NCBI GenBank assembly: GCA_037189525.1
Contig: JBBCJC010000005.1
Location: 96,001 to 160,000 of the forward strand
DNA: 64,000 nucleotides
From: Gemmatimonadales bacterium
Lineage (GTDB): Bacteria; Gemmatimonadota; Gemmatimonadetes; Gemmatimonadales; GWC2-71-9
Direction of reading: 5' to 3'
In this document: positions 11,201 through 20,041 of the stretch, piece by piece
How positions within the stretch are numbered: the stretch's first letter is position 1
Layout of the letters: every line of letters starts with the position of its first letter
The notes under the pieces: model-generated
What the model saw: only the letters and a program-made list of their open reading frames with translations
What the model was told of the DNA's origin: nothing
The model's database searches: none
Program-made: the position numbers and the translations under genes

Positions 11201-11285
11201 CAGCTCGAACGTTTCGCTCGGAACCGACTTCTATACTTATCCGCTCGCCCGAAGCATCCGGTTCGGCGTGCAGGCAGGGTGGTGA
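8256..11285 (+). CDS. SusC/RagA-family TonB-dependent receptor
   Basis: AGGAG [52 protein letters not shown], terminal [15 protein letters not shown]. Confidence 0.95.
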   Translation: [1009 protein letters not shown]

Positions 11286-11288
11286 GCC

Positions 11289-12623
11289 ATGACGACTCTG
11301 AATCGACACATCACCCGATTGGCGCTCGGCGCCGCGCTGACCCTGTCGCTGGCAGGCTGTGATTCGCTGCTCAACACCGAACCGCCTACGCAGGTACCGG
11401 ATCAGACCGCCATCGTCAACGCCGGCGGCGCCCGCGCGGCGCTGATCGGCGCCTACGCATCGCTGACCCACGACGCGCTCTATGGCGGCGACCTGCCGGT
11501 CTTCAACGATCTCTACGCCGACAACGCCCGACACTCCGGCACCTTCCCCACCTATGCCGATGCCGGCGCGTATCGGCTCCGGGCCGAGAACGGCGATGTC
11601 GCCCGGATCTGGCGATACACCTACATCACGATCGACCGGGTCAACCGGATCATCGAGAAGGTGCCGGAACTGAGCGACCTCTCCGATGCGGAGAAAGCGG
11701 ATATCATCGGCCAGGCCCGGGCGCTCCGCGCGCTCAGCTACCACAACCTGGTCCGGTCGTACGGCGGTGTCCCGCTGGTCCTGGTCACGCCGAGCGGCCC
11801 GGATGAAGCCTCTCAAATCACCCGTGCCACGGTCGACGAGGTCTACACCCAGATCACCACCGATCTCGAAGCAGCCTCATCCGGCATCACCACCACCAAT
11901 ACCAACCGGATCACGGCGGGAGCGGTGCTGGCGCTGCTGGCGCGGATCCACCTGTACCGGGAGCAGTGGGCCCAGGCGGTGGCGCGCGCCAATCAGGTCG
12001 AAGCGCGCGGCTACGATCTGGCGTCGAGCTACGAAGACCTCTTCCCCGCCACGGCGACGGAAACATCCGAGGAAATCTTCAAGGTCTACTTCGACGCCGC
12101 CAACTATCAGTTGCTGGGCTGGTACTACCGGGCCCGCGGCTGGGGTGGCCGCGGCGAACTGAATGCCCGGCCAAGCCTGGTTGCGGCCTACGAAGCGAGC
12201 GATGAGCGGCTGGCCTGGAGTATCGACACCAGCGTCCCGACTGTGACCAAGTGGCCCACCGGCGACGGCGCGGAGCATTTCCACGTGATCCGTTTTGCCG
12301 AGGTGCTCCTGATCAAGGCCGAGGCGCTCGCCAGGCAGGGACAACTCGGCCCGGCCGTCGACGTCTACAACCGGATTCGTGAACGGGCCGGCCTGGCCCC
12401 GCACACGCTGGGCGTCGAAGTCACTTCGCAGGCCGAGGTGATTGCGGCCGTCGACAAGGAACGCCGGCTGGAACTCGCCTTCGAGGGTGATCGGTTTCCG
12501 GACCTGGTGCGCACCGGCCGGGCCGTGGCGGTCATGGGTATCGAACCGTTCCGGCAGCTGTGGCCGATTCCCTACTCCGAAATCGTGGTGGCTCCGGGCC
12601 TGACCCAAAACCCGGGTTACTGA
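11289..12623 (+). CDS. SusD/RagB-family lipoprotein
   Basis: Lipobox LAGC; IRFAEVLLIKAEA, ERRLELAFEGDRFPDLVR, terminal QNPGY. Confidence 0.95.
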   Translation: MTTLNRHITRLALGAALTLSLAGCDSLLNTEPPTQVPDQTAIVNAGGARAALIGAYASLTHDALYGGDLPVFNDLYADNARHSGTFPTYADAGAYRLRAENGDVARIWRYTYITIDRVNRIIEKVPELSDLSDAEKADIIGQARALRALSYHNLVRSYGGVPLVLVTPSGPDEASQITRATVDEVYTQITTDLEAASSGITTTNTNRITAGAVLALLARIHLYREQWAQAVARANQVEARGYDLASSYEDLFPATATETSEEIFKVYFDAANYQLLGWYYRARGWGGRGELNARPSLVAAYEASDERLAWSIDTSVPTVTKWPTGDGAEHFHVIRFAEVLLIKAEALARQGQLGPAVDVYNRIRERAGLAPHTLGVEVTSQAEVIAAVDKERRLELAFEGDRFPDLVRTGRAVAVMGIEPFRQLWPIPYSEIVVAPGLTQNPGY

Positions 12624-12641
12624 GCCGTCTCCTGCACAGGC

Positions 12642-12680
12642 CGAGGGCCATGGGTCATCCCCATGGCCCTCGTCGTTTCT
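12642..12680 (+). terminator. Intrinsic terminator after susD
   Basis: 13-bp perfect stem CGAGGGCCATGGG/CCCATGGCCCTCG followed by TCGTTTCT. Confidence 0.7.
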
Positions 12681-12709
12681 ACGGCGTCGTTTCTACGAAC
12701 GCTGCAGTC

Positions 12710-12910
12710 CTACGCCTCCGGACTCGCCGGCCCGCTCTCTGCCCGCGTCCGCCGATAGCGCCACAATCCGAGCACGCCGGCTCCGACCAGACCGATGGCA
12801 AGGTACATGAGCCCTGGCGGCGGACCCGGCGCGGGCGGCACTGCGCCACAGGTGCCCATCAGGGCGCAATCGGGTGGCCCGGGGATCTGGAGCAGCAGCG
12901 ACAGCAACAT
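12710..12910 (-). CDS. 66-aa membrane microprotein (Cys pair, Pro-rich segment, TM helix, basic cluster)
   Basis: GGAG SD upstream; DCALMGTC-PPAPGPPPG-LMYLAIGLVGAGVLGLW-RYRRTR. Confidence 0.55.
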   Translation of the reverse strand: MLLSLLLQIPGPPDCALMGTCGAVPPAPGPPPGLMYLAIGLVGAGVLGLWRYRRTRAESGPASPEA

Positions 12911-12930
12911 GGCGTCTTACTCCCGGAGAC

Positions 12931-12972
12931 ACGACGAGCGGGGCCGGATCGGATCCAGCACCCGCTCGTCGT
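12931..12972 (-). terminator. Hairpin directly 3' of tRNA-Ser(CGA)
   Basis: 12-bp perfect inverted repeat ACGACGAGCGGG/CCCGCTCGTCGT with further inner pairing. Confidence 0.55.
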
Positions 12973-12984
12973 TATGACATGCTA

Positions 12985-13071
12985 CGGACAGGGAGGGATT
13001 CGAACCCTCGATACCGTTGCCGGTATACCGGTTTTCGAGACCGGCTCCTTCAGCCACTCGGACACCTGTCC
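12985..13071 (-). tRNA. tRNA-Ser(CGA)
   Basis: GGACAGGTGTCCGAGTGGCTGAAGGAG-CCGGT-CTCGAAA-ACCGG, long variable arm, GGTTCGAATCC; CCA not encoded. Confidence 0.96.
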
Positions 13072-13220
13072 TCTAAGTCTACAGCTCCCGACTGCAAACA
13101 TCGGACCCACCGGAACCGGGAGCGCGCGGTAAGCTAACAACGGCGTCCCGCATCGCCAAGCGGCGGCGAACGATGCAGCCGCAGACTGCGGCATCGCCTC
13201 CAGAGCCGCCCATGTCCCTC

Positions 13221-13261
13221 TAAACGAACTCGGGGGACACGGCGGAATGCCGTGCCCCCCG
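13221..13261 (-). terminator. Terminator after the second susD
   Basis: Stem CGGGGGACACGGC/GCCGTGCCCCCCG; minus-strand tail AGTTCGTTTA. Confidence 0.6.
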
Positions 13262-13309
13262 AACTCACCTGCTCACACCATGACGGGCGTTATGAGCCCT
13301 GCTCGCTCG

Positions 13310-14686
13310 TCACGGGTTACGGTCGAGACATGCCGCGGTCCCGCCGAGGTTGGGGTTGTTCGACTCCTCTTGCGGCAGCGGCATGTTGACGTCGGTTCCG
13401 TAGGAACCACCCGCCTTGTGCCAATCGCCGGTCGGGAAGACGGTGTTCTGCGCCCGGCCGTACTGGCGGACCAAGCGACGCAGGTCGCCCATCCGCTGGC
13501 CGCGGGCAAAGGTCCAGAACGCCTTTTCCCGGAGGATCTGATTCAACCGGGCGTCGGCGGAGCCGGCGTCGTCCAGCGGCGGGAGGTCAATCGTTGCCCG
13601 GGCGGCATTGAGGATGCCGAGGGCTGCACCGGCGTTGCCGGCCTCGAGTTGGGCCTCTGCCTCGATCATACGCCCATCGACACCCTGGAGCAGCGCCACC
13701 GAGGCCTCGCGGGTCGGCCAGAGCAGCTGCAAATGGAGCGGCTGCTGCCCGTCGTCCCGCGCGGCCAGCGTCACACCGGCCTGGGGACAGGGCGCCTGAC
13801 ATACGGGCACCCGCGGATCGGCCGCGGTCACGAAGTTGATCCCGTTGCCGCCCTCATTGTTCGCGACGCTGTAGCGCCGGGTGAGGATGTTCCAGTTCCA
13901 GATATTGTTGTTGGCCGCGTTGACCGAGTGATTGACGTCGTACGTGTAGTTGGTGGGCACACCGGCCACCGCGGTCGCCGCTTCGCCGGGCCGATCCAGA
14001 TTGAGGAGGATCCGTCCCTTGGTCAGATTGAGCGCGTGACGGACGCGCACATCGCCCGCCGTCGTTCCGGTCACGACCGCCAACCCGTCGTTGACGTGCC
14101 CGAGCGCCCGCTCATACGCCTGCGTCGTGGTGATCTGGTCACCGTAGCGCACCGTACCATCGAGCTCGATGTCACTGAAGATGAGCCCGTTGCAGAACGC
14201 CTCGGCCGCCTGATTGACCAGGAAGCCCTGAACGAAGTGCATCTCACCCGTCTGCCAGGCCGGCGCCGTCGGGAGATACTGCTGCAGCAACCCGACCGCC
14301 TGGAAGGCGGACTGGCGGGCGCGATGCAAGTTGCGCACGGCCGCCGTCAGGAAGGTATTCGCGGGTAACATCTCGCGCCGATCGAACTGATGACGGTCGA
14401 CGAAGGTGTCACCGTTGATCCACTCGTCCGCGAAGAGGCCGCCCAGGAGGAGCAGGCTCTCGCCGCCGGTCGTAGCCGCGTTGAACCGCGCCAGCGCGCC
14501 GATGCGCACCGCGTTGGCGCCCGCGGGCGACTCTACGGCTCGTGGATCAATGATATCCGGCGATTCGACTTCCAGGAGATCGCCAGCCGAGCACGCCGAC
14601 AGCGCCAGCGTACTCGCCGCGAGGACGGCGGCAAAGCCCGCCATCCGAACACACCGCGGCCGGGTCTGATTCTGAGAGAAATTCAT
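13310..14686 (-). CDS. SusD/RagB-like lipoprotein
   Basis: Lipobox LSAC; MIEAEAQL, REKAFWTFARGQRMGDLRR, PLPQEESNNPN; follows a SusC-like gene. Confidence 0.88.
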   Translation of the reverse strand: MNFSQNQTRPRCVRMAGFAAVLAASTLALSACSAGDLLEVESPDIIDPRAVESPAGANAVRIGALARFNAATTGGESLLLLGGLFADEWINGDTFVDRHQFDRREMLPANTFLTAAVRNLHRARQSAFQAVGLLQQYLPTAPAWQTGEMHFVQGFLVNQAAEAFCNGLIFSDIELDGTVRYGDQITTTQAYERALGHVNDGLAVVTGTTAGDVRVRHALNLTKGRILLNLDRPGEAATAVAGVPTNYTYDVNHSVNAANNNIWNWNILTRRYSVANNEGGNGINFVTAADPRVPVCQAPCPQAGVTLAARDDGQQPLHLQLLWPTREASVALLQGVDGRMIEAEAQLEAGNAGAALGILNAARATIDLPPLDDAGSADARLNQILREKAFWTFARGQRMGDLRRLVRQYGRAQNTVFPTGDWHKAGGSYGTDVNMPLPQEESNNPNLGGTAACLDRNP

Positions 14687-14698
14687 GTCATCCACCCT

Positions 14699-17600
14699 TT
14701 ACAGGCCGAGCGTGAGACGGAAGGTGAAGTAGGTCGGCGGCGCAAAGGACTGGAATTCCGACGGGTTGTTCCCCGTGGTTGCCAGGGCCTCGGGGTCGAC
14801 CCCCGTGTACTCCGTCCACAGAATGCCGAGGTTCCGCGCGGCGAGCGACACCATGAGACTGCGGGCGCCGATGGCCGACGCCAACCGGTCTGATCCGCGG
14901 TACGACAGCGACACCTCACGCAACCGGATGAAGTCAGCCTTCTCCATGAAACCACCGCCGCCGATGGCCGTGCCGTGCTGTCGGACGGCCACCACGCGGG
15001 CCTGCTCGAACAACGGCGCCGTCGGGTCGATCAGCCCGCGGCAGTTGTTGCGGCTCTGGCACCGGATCCGCTCGGTGTTGTTGTAGTTGAGGTGCCCGCC
15101 CTTATAGTCGAACTGGCCCGTCAACCGGACCTTCCGGTTGAAGAAATCGAACCCGTTGGTCACCACGAACTCGCGGGTCGGCTGCGACGGACCGAGGTAT
15201 TCGGGTTCGGTGCCGACGAAGACCTCGTTCAGGTCCGGGTTGGCGCTGTAGCTGAGGATGCCGTTCCCGTCCTTGTCCTCCCAGCCCAGCAACCGGTGAT
15301 TCCACCAGCCGAAGAGCGGATAACCTTCGACGTTGCGGGAGGTGGCGCCGGCGCCCGGCGGCACGCCGCCCAGGCTGACCAGTTCGTTCTGGTTGAGCGA
15401 GCCGCTCACGGCCAGATCCCATCCGAAGGCCCGGGCATCCAGGATCTGCCCCTGCACCATCAACTCCCAGCCCCAGTTGCGCACCTCGCCCAGGTTTTCG
15501 AACCGGGACGTGGCGCCCGTGCCGAGCGACGGCGGCAGCACCCGGCTGATGAGGGCGTCCTTGGACCGCTTGTTGTACCAGGTGACTTCGGCAATGACCC
15601 GGTTGCTGAAGAAGGTGCCGTCGAGCCCGACCTCGACCTCCGAGGAGCGTTCCGGCTTGAGGTCGCGATTGCCGAGCGCACTGTAGACCAGACCCGGCTC
15701 TTCACCGGATTCGCCCACGTTGGTGGTCGGCGAGTAGAACTGCACGGCCGCCGTGGTGCTCGGCTGCACACCCGACGCGCCGTATGCCGCGCGGAGCCGG
15801 AGCTGGTTCACCGCGCTGCCCCGCGGGAAGAAGCCCTCCTCCGACACGACCCACGATGCCGACAGCTTCGGATAGAACACGGTCTTGAAGTCGGCGCCGA
15901 AGGCGCTGTTCCGATCCGAGCGCACCGCGCCGGTCAGGAAGAAGCGGTCGCCGAACGCAAGGTGCTGCTCGACGTAGGCGCCGATGGTCCGGGTTTCACT
16001 GTTCGACTCGTCGGAGGACAGGATCGCCGCCGACGTCACCGTGGTGGCTCCGGGAGGAAGCTCCGACCCCGAGGCGCCGTTCCGGTCGAAGGTATTGCGG
16101 TTGTACTGCACACCGACCGTCGTCTTGGACTCGATGGACGAGGTCACCAGCCGGGTGGCCGAGACCGCCGCATCGAGGGTGTGGGCGAACATGTTGGTGC
16201 GGTTGTCCCGCTTGAAACCGAGCGCGTCGGTTCCGGACACGGGGCACTCCGAGAAGCGGCAGAGCTGCGTTTCCTTGCGGCCGACGTAGTCGATGCCGTA
16301 GGTCGCGCGGCCGCTCAGCCACGACCGGGGCCGCCATTGGAACGTGGCAGAACCGACGAAGCGGTTGACGTCCTGATCGGTGGTGGTGCGATAGATCTCG
16401 CGCGGCGTGACGGTGCGATACCCGTACAGCGTATCGCCCGCCGCATTGAGCATGTACTTGTAGCCGTGACCGCCGTAGGTATTGGTGGCCAACCCCGGCA
16501 CGCCGGAGTCATCGCTCCGGGTCAGGCGCACCTCCTGCTGCGTATAGCCGAGGCTCACCGCAATGTCGGCAGACGAACTCAGCGCCACGTCGAGGTTGGA
16601 TCGGACGGAATACCGCTTGAGCGCGTTCGGGTTCTCCTGCTCGGGACGAAGCGCAATGCCGCGGGCCGAGAGCCAGCGCTTGTCGAACTCGGGGATCTTC
16701 GTCACCCCATCCTCGGTCTCGAACTCGCCGTGCACGAAATAGCGGACCGCATCCGAGCCGCCGCGAATCTGGAGGCCGTGCTGCTGGCGGTATCCGGTTC
16801 CGTACGGGGTGGCATCGGGATCTTCGTGGAGATTGTAGACGGTGACGCTGTCCTGCGTGCAAGCCCTCGAGACCACCTGCGTGAGAATACACTGGGTGAA
16901 GTTGGTCAGTCGGGAGGCGGCCGTCCAACCCCAGTAGGCATCCGGATACTTGTTGCGATCGGTGAGCGCCGTCTGCTCGGTGTAGTAGGTCCACTGCGAG
17001 CGGCCCGCGACACCACGCTTCGTCCGGATCACGATCACGCCGTTGGCGGCGTCCGTTCCGTACAGCGTGGCGGCCGACGGACCGCGGACCACTTCGATCG
17101 ACTCGATCTCTTCCGGGTTGATGTCGTTCATGCGCGACACGGTCGTGCCGCCGACACCGATCGACGACGAGCCCGTCGTTCCTTCGACCCGGACGCCGTC
17201 GATCACAAAGATCGGGTTATTGCTGAGCGACATCGAGCTGTTGCCGCGGATCCGGATCCGGCCGCCGCCGCCCGTCTGGATCGGCGGCGTCACGTACACG
17301 CCGGCGGCCCGGGAGGTCAGCATGTCGGTCATGTTGGAGATCGATTGCGTCTCCAGAACCTCGGCCGCTTTGACCGTGGCAATCGAGTTACCGACCTCGA
17401 TGCGGCGCTGCTCACCGGTGGCGGTCACGACGAGGGGCGTCAACTCCATTGCCCGCGCCTGCATCTGCGCATCGACCGTGACCCGCTGTCCCGCCACGAC
17501 CGTGACTTCGCGCGAGATCTCGGCGTACCCGATGCTCAGGATGCGCAACGTGAACGTTCCCGCGGTCACACTGGCGATGGTATAGGCCCCGCTGCTGTTG

Positions 17601-17782
17601 GTGACGGCACTGACGTTGGTACCGACCACGCTGACCTGCGCCGCCGCGATGGGCCGCTGCGTCAGCGCGTCGACGACAGTACCCGATATCGAGCCTGTCG
17701 CCTGCGCATGCACCGGCCCCGCGAGCAAGGCAGCAGCGAGCAGCCCCAATACCGGCGCACATGGGTTCTTTCGACTCACCAT
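14699..17782 (-). CDS. SusC/RagA-family TonB-dependent receptor
   Basis: Start MVSRKNP with GAGG SD; DINPEEIESIEVVRGPSAATLYGTDAANGVIVIRTKRG, DLKPERS. Confidence 0.94.
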   Translation of the reverse strand: MVSRKNPCAPVLGLLAAALLAGPVHAQATGSISGTVVDALTQRPIAAAQVSVVGTNVSAVTNSSGAYTIASVTAGTFTLRILSIGYAEISREVTVVAGQRVTVDAQMQARAMELTPLVVTATGEQRRIEVGNSIATVKAAEVLETQSISNMTDMLTSRAAGVYVTPPIQTGGGGRIRIRGNSSMSLSNNPIFVIDGVRVEGTTGSSSIGVGGTTVSRMNDINPEEIESIEVVRGPSAATLYGTDAANGVIVIRTKRGVAGRSQWTYYTEQTALTDRNKYPDAYWGWTAASRLTNFTQCILTQVVSRACTQDSVTVYNLHEDPDATPYGTGYRQQHGLQIRGGSDAVRYFVHGEFETEDGVTKIPEFDKRWLSARGIALRPEQENPNALKRYSVRSNLDVALSSSADIAVSLGYTQQEVRLTRSDDSGVPGLATNTYGGHGYKYMLNAAGDTLYGYRTVTPREIYRTTTDQDVNRFVGSATFQWRPRSWLSGRATYGIDYVGRKETQLCRFSECPVSGTDALGFKRDNRTNMFAHTLDAAVSATRLVTSSIESKTTVGVQYNRNTFDRNGASGSELPPGATTVTSAAILSSDESNSETRTIGAYVEQHLAFGDRFFLTGAVRSDRNSAFGADFKTVFYPKLSASWVVSEEGFFPRGSAVNQLRLRAAYGASGVQPSTTAAVQFYSPTTNVGESGEEPGLVYSALGNRDLKPERSSEVEVGLDGTFFSNRVIAEVTWYNKRSKDALISRVLPPSLGTGATSRFENLGEVRNWGWELMVQGQILDARAFGWDLAVSGSLNQNELVSLGGVPPGAGATSRNVEGYPLFGWWNHRLLGWEDKDGNGILSYSANPDLNEVFVGTEPEYLGPSQPTREFVVTNGFDFFNRKVRLTGQFDYKGGHLNYNNTERIRCQSRNNCRGLIDPTAPLFEQARVVAVRQHGTAIGGGGFMEKADFIRLREVSLSYRGSDRLASAIGARSLMVSLAARNLGILWTEYTGVDPEALATTGNNPSEFQSFAPPTYFTFRLTLGL

Positions 17783-17951
17783 GAAGTACCTCGACAATTG
17801 TGGTAGGGAAGGCCCCGTTCGGAACCTGGCGGCACCCGACGGTGTCTGGCGCGCAGAGACGCCTATGGCAAGGTGAGGCATGAGGCGTGAGCCGTCAAGG
17901 TGCGCGGGCCAGCTTCTTGTCTGGCCCGCCCCGCCCGCTGTTGCGAGGCCG

Positions 17952-19295
17952 CTACGTTGCGACCGGCAGGCGCCGCTTGACCTCGAGATTGAGGAGCCAG
18001 AGAGCAAAGATGGCGTGCACGGTCGTGGCCACCACAGAGACCCGCCAGGTCCAGTGCAGCTGGAAGCCCGGCAGCCGCGAAACCCAGATCGCCGGCCCGA
18101 CGAAGACCACCAGACGGACCGTGCTGCTGATGATCGACGGCAAGGTGTTCCCCATGGCCTGGAACAGCCCGGAACAGGTAAAAACCAGCCCGGATGCCAC
18201 GAAATTCCACGAAATCGTGCGCAAAAAATCAGTAGCGACAATGACTACCGCTTCGTCACCCGCAAATGGACGTACCAGCCATTCCGGACGCCAGTGCGCA
18301 AAAAGTGTCATCGTCACCATCACCGCCGACCCGATCCGGGCCGCCGCCCAGAACGTCTCACGCACCCGCTGGTAATTCCGCGCCGCCACATTCTGCCCGG
18401 CCACCGGCGCCGCGGCAAACGCCACCGCCATGGCGGGGAGGAAAATCGCCTGCATCACGCGGGAGCCGACGCCGTAGCCCGCCTGCGCGGCCGATCCGAA
18501 ATCCCGAATAATCCAGTAGACTACCGCCATCGACAGAAACATCAGGGCAAACTCGCCCCCGGCGGGCACCCCGATCCGGAACAACCGTTTCCAGGTGGCC
18601 AGGTCGGGACGAATCAAGGCGGAGTCATAGCCGACGAAACGGTCGAACCGGCGGAAGTAGGCGTACAGAACGAAGACGCCGATTGCTACGGAAATGGTGC
18701 TGGCCAGCGCCGCCCCGGCCACGCCCAGCGGCCGCCCGGTGCCCCACCCCGCAATCAGGATCGGCGCCAGCAGCGCATTGAGGAGCACCGTGAACATCTG
18801 CAGCACCATGGTCGGCTTGGTGATGCCGTGCCCTCGCAGCGCCGACCCCATCGAGACCAGCGCAAACTGCAGAGCTAGCGCCGGCAGGAACCAGTAGAGA
18901 TAGGTCACTCCGGCTGTGATGGTTGCCGCATCGGCGGCCACGAACTCGAGATACGGACGCGCCAGGAACGCCCCCGCACCCAGCACCAGCATACCGGCGC
19001 CGGCGGCGAGGACCAGACTCTGATTGAAGACCAGATTGGCGTCGTGACGGTCTTTGCGTCCGGCCGCGTGCGCAATCAAAACCATGGTGCCGATCCCGAG
19101 CACCTGGGTCAGCGCCATCACGATGAACTGGACGTTCCCCGCGGCGCTGACGCCGGCAATTGCCGCTTCCCCCAGCCGCGCAACGAAGTAGAGGTCGACC
19201 ATCAGATAGAGCGTTTGAAATACCATTCCGATGGCGAGCGGAATCGCCAGGCGGACGATATGCTTGGGGATAGAACCGACGGTAAGATCGTGCAC
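17952..19295 (-). CDS. MATE-family efflux transporter
   Basis: DLTVGSI...QTLYLMVDLYFVARLG; about 12 TM segments; VAGQNVAA. Confidence 0.93.
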   Translation of the reverse strand: MHDLTVGSIPKHIVRLAIPLAIGMVFQTLYLMVDLYFVARLGEAAIAGVSAAGNVQFIVMALTQVLGIGTMVLIAHAAGRKDRHDANLVFNQSLVLAAGAGMLVLGAGAFLARPYLEFVAADAATITAGVTYLYWFLPALALQFALVSMGSALRGHGITKPTMVLQMFTVLLNALLAPILIAGWGTGRPLGVAGAALASTISVAIGVFVLYAYFRRFDRFVGYDSALIRPDLATWKRLFRIGVPAGGEFALMFLSMAVVYWIIRDFGSAAQAGYGVGSRVMQAIFLPAMAVAFAAAPVAGQNVAARNYQRVRETFWAAARIGSAVMVTMTLFAHWRPEWLVRPFAGDEAVVIVATDFLRTISWNFVASGLVFTCSGLFQAMGNTLPSIISSTVRLVVFVGPAIWVSRLPGFQLHWTWRVSVVATTVHAIFALWLLNLEVKRRLPVAT

Positions 19296-19346
19296 GAGGT
19301 CTGGTCGAGGTTGATGAACGAGAACGGGAATCGAGTATGAAGGCCG

Positions 19347-19970
<624 letters not shown>

Positions 19971-19983
19971 TTACACTCCCAGA

Positions 19984-20015
19984 TGAGCATCGTTCTCACA
20001 TGGGAATAATTCTCA
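19984..20015. promoter_or_regulatory. Two tandem Fur-box-like 7-1-7 sites
   Basis: TGAGCATCGTTCTCA (19984-19998) and TGGGAATAATTCTCA (20001-20015) versus TGAGAATnATTCTCA; AT-rich patch upstream of a siderophore receptor. Confidence 0.7.
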
Positions 20016-20041
20016 TTTATTATCATCGAGGCATCTCACTC

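Noticed and set aside
3277..13071. Possible genomic island between the two tRNA-Ser genes
   Set aside because: No duplicated tRNA 3' end and no integrase; the interval contains topA
17783..18241. N-terminal extension of SusC in the ORF track (similarly msrP, msrQ, btuF, ribE, LLM, AraC)
   Set aside because: Extensions mostly overlap neighbouring genes; downstream starts fit SD, signal peptides and family N-termini
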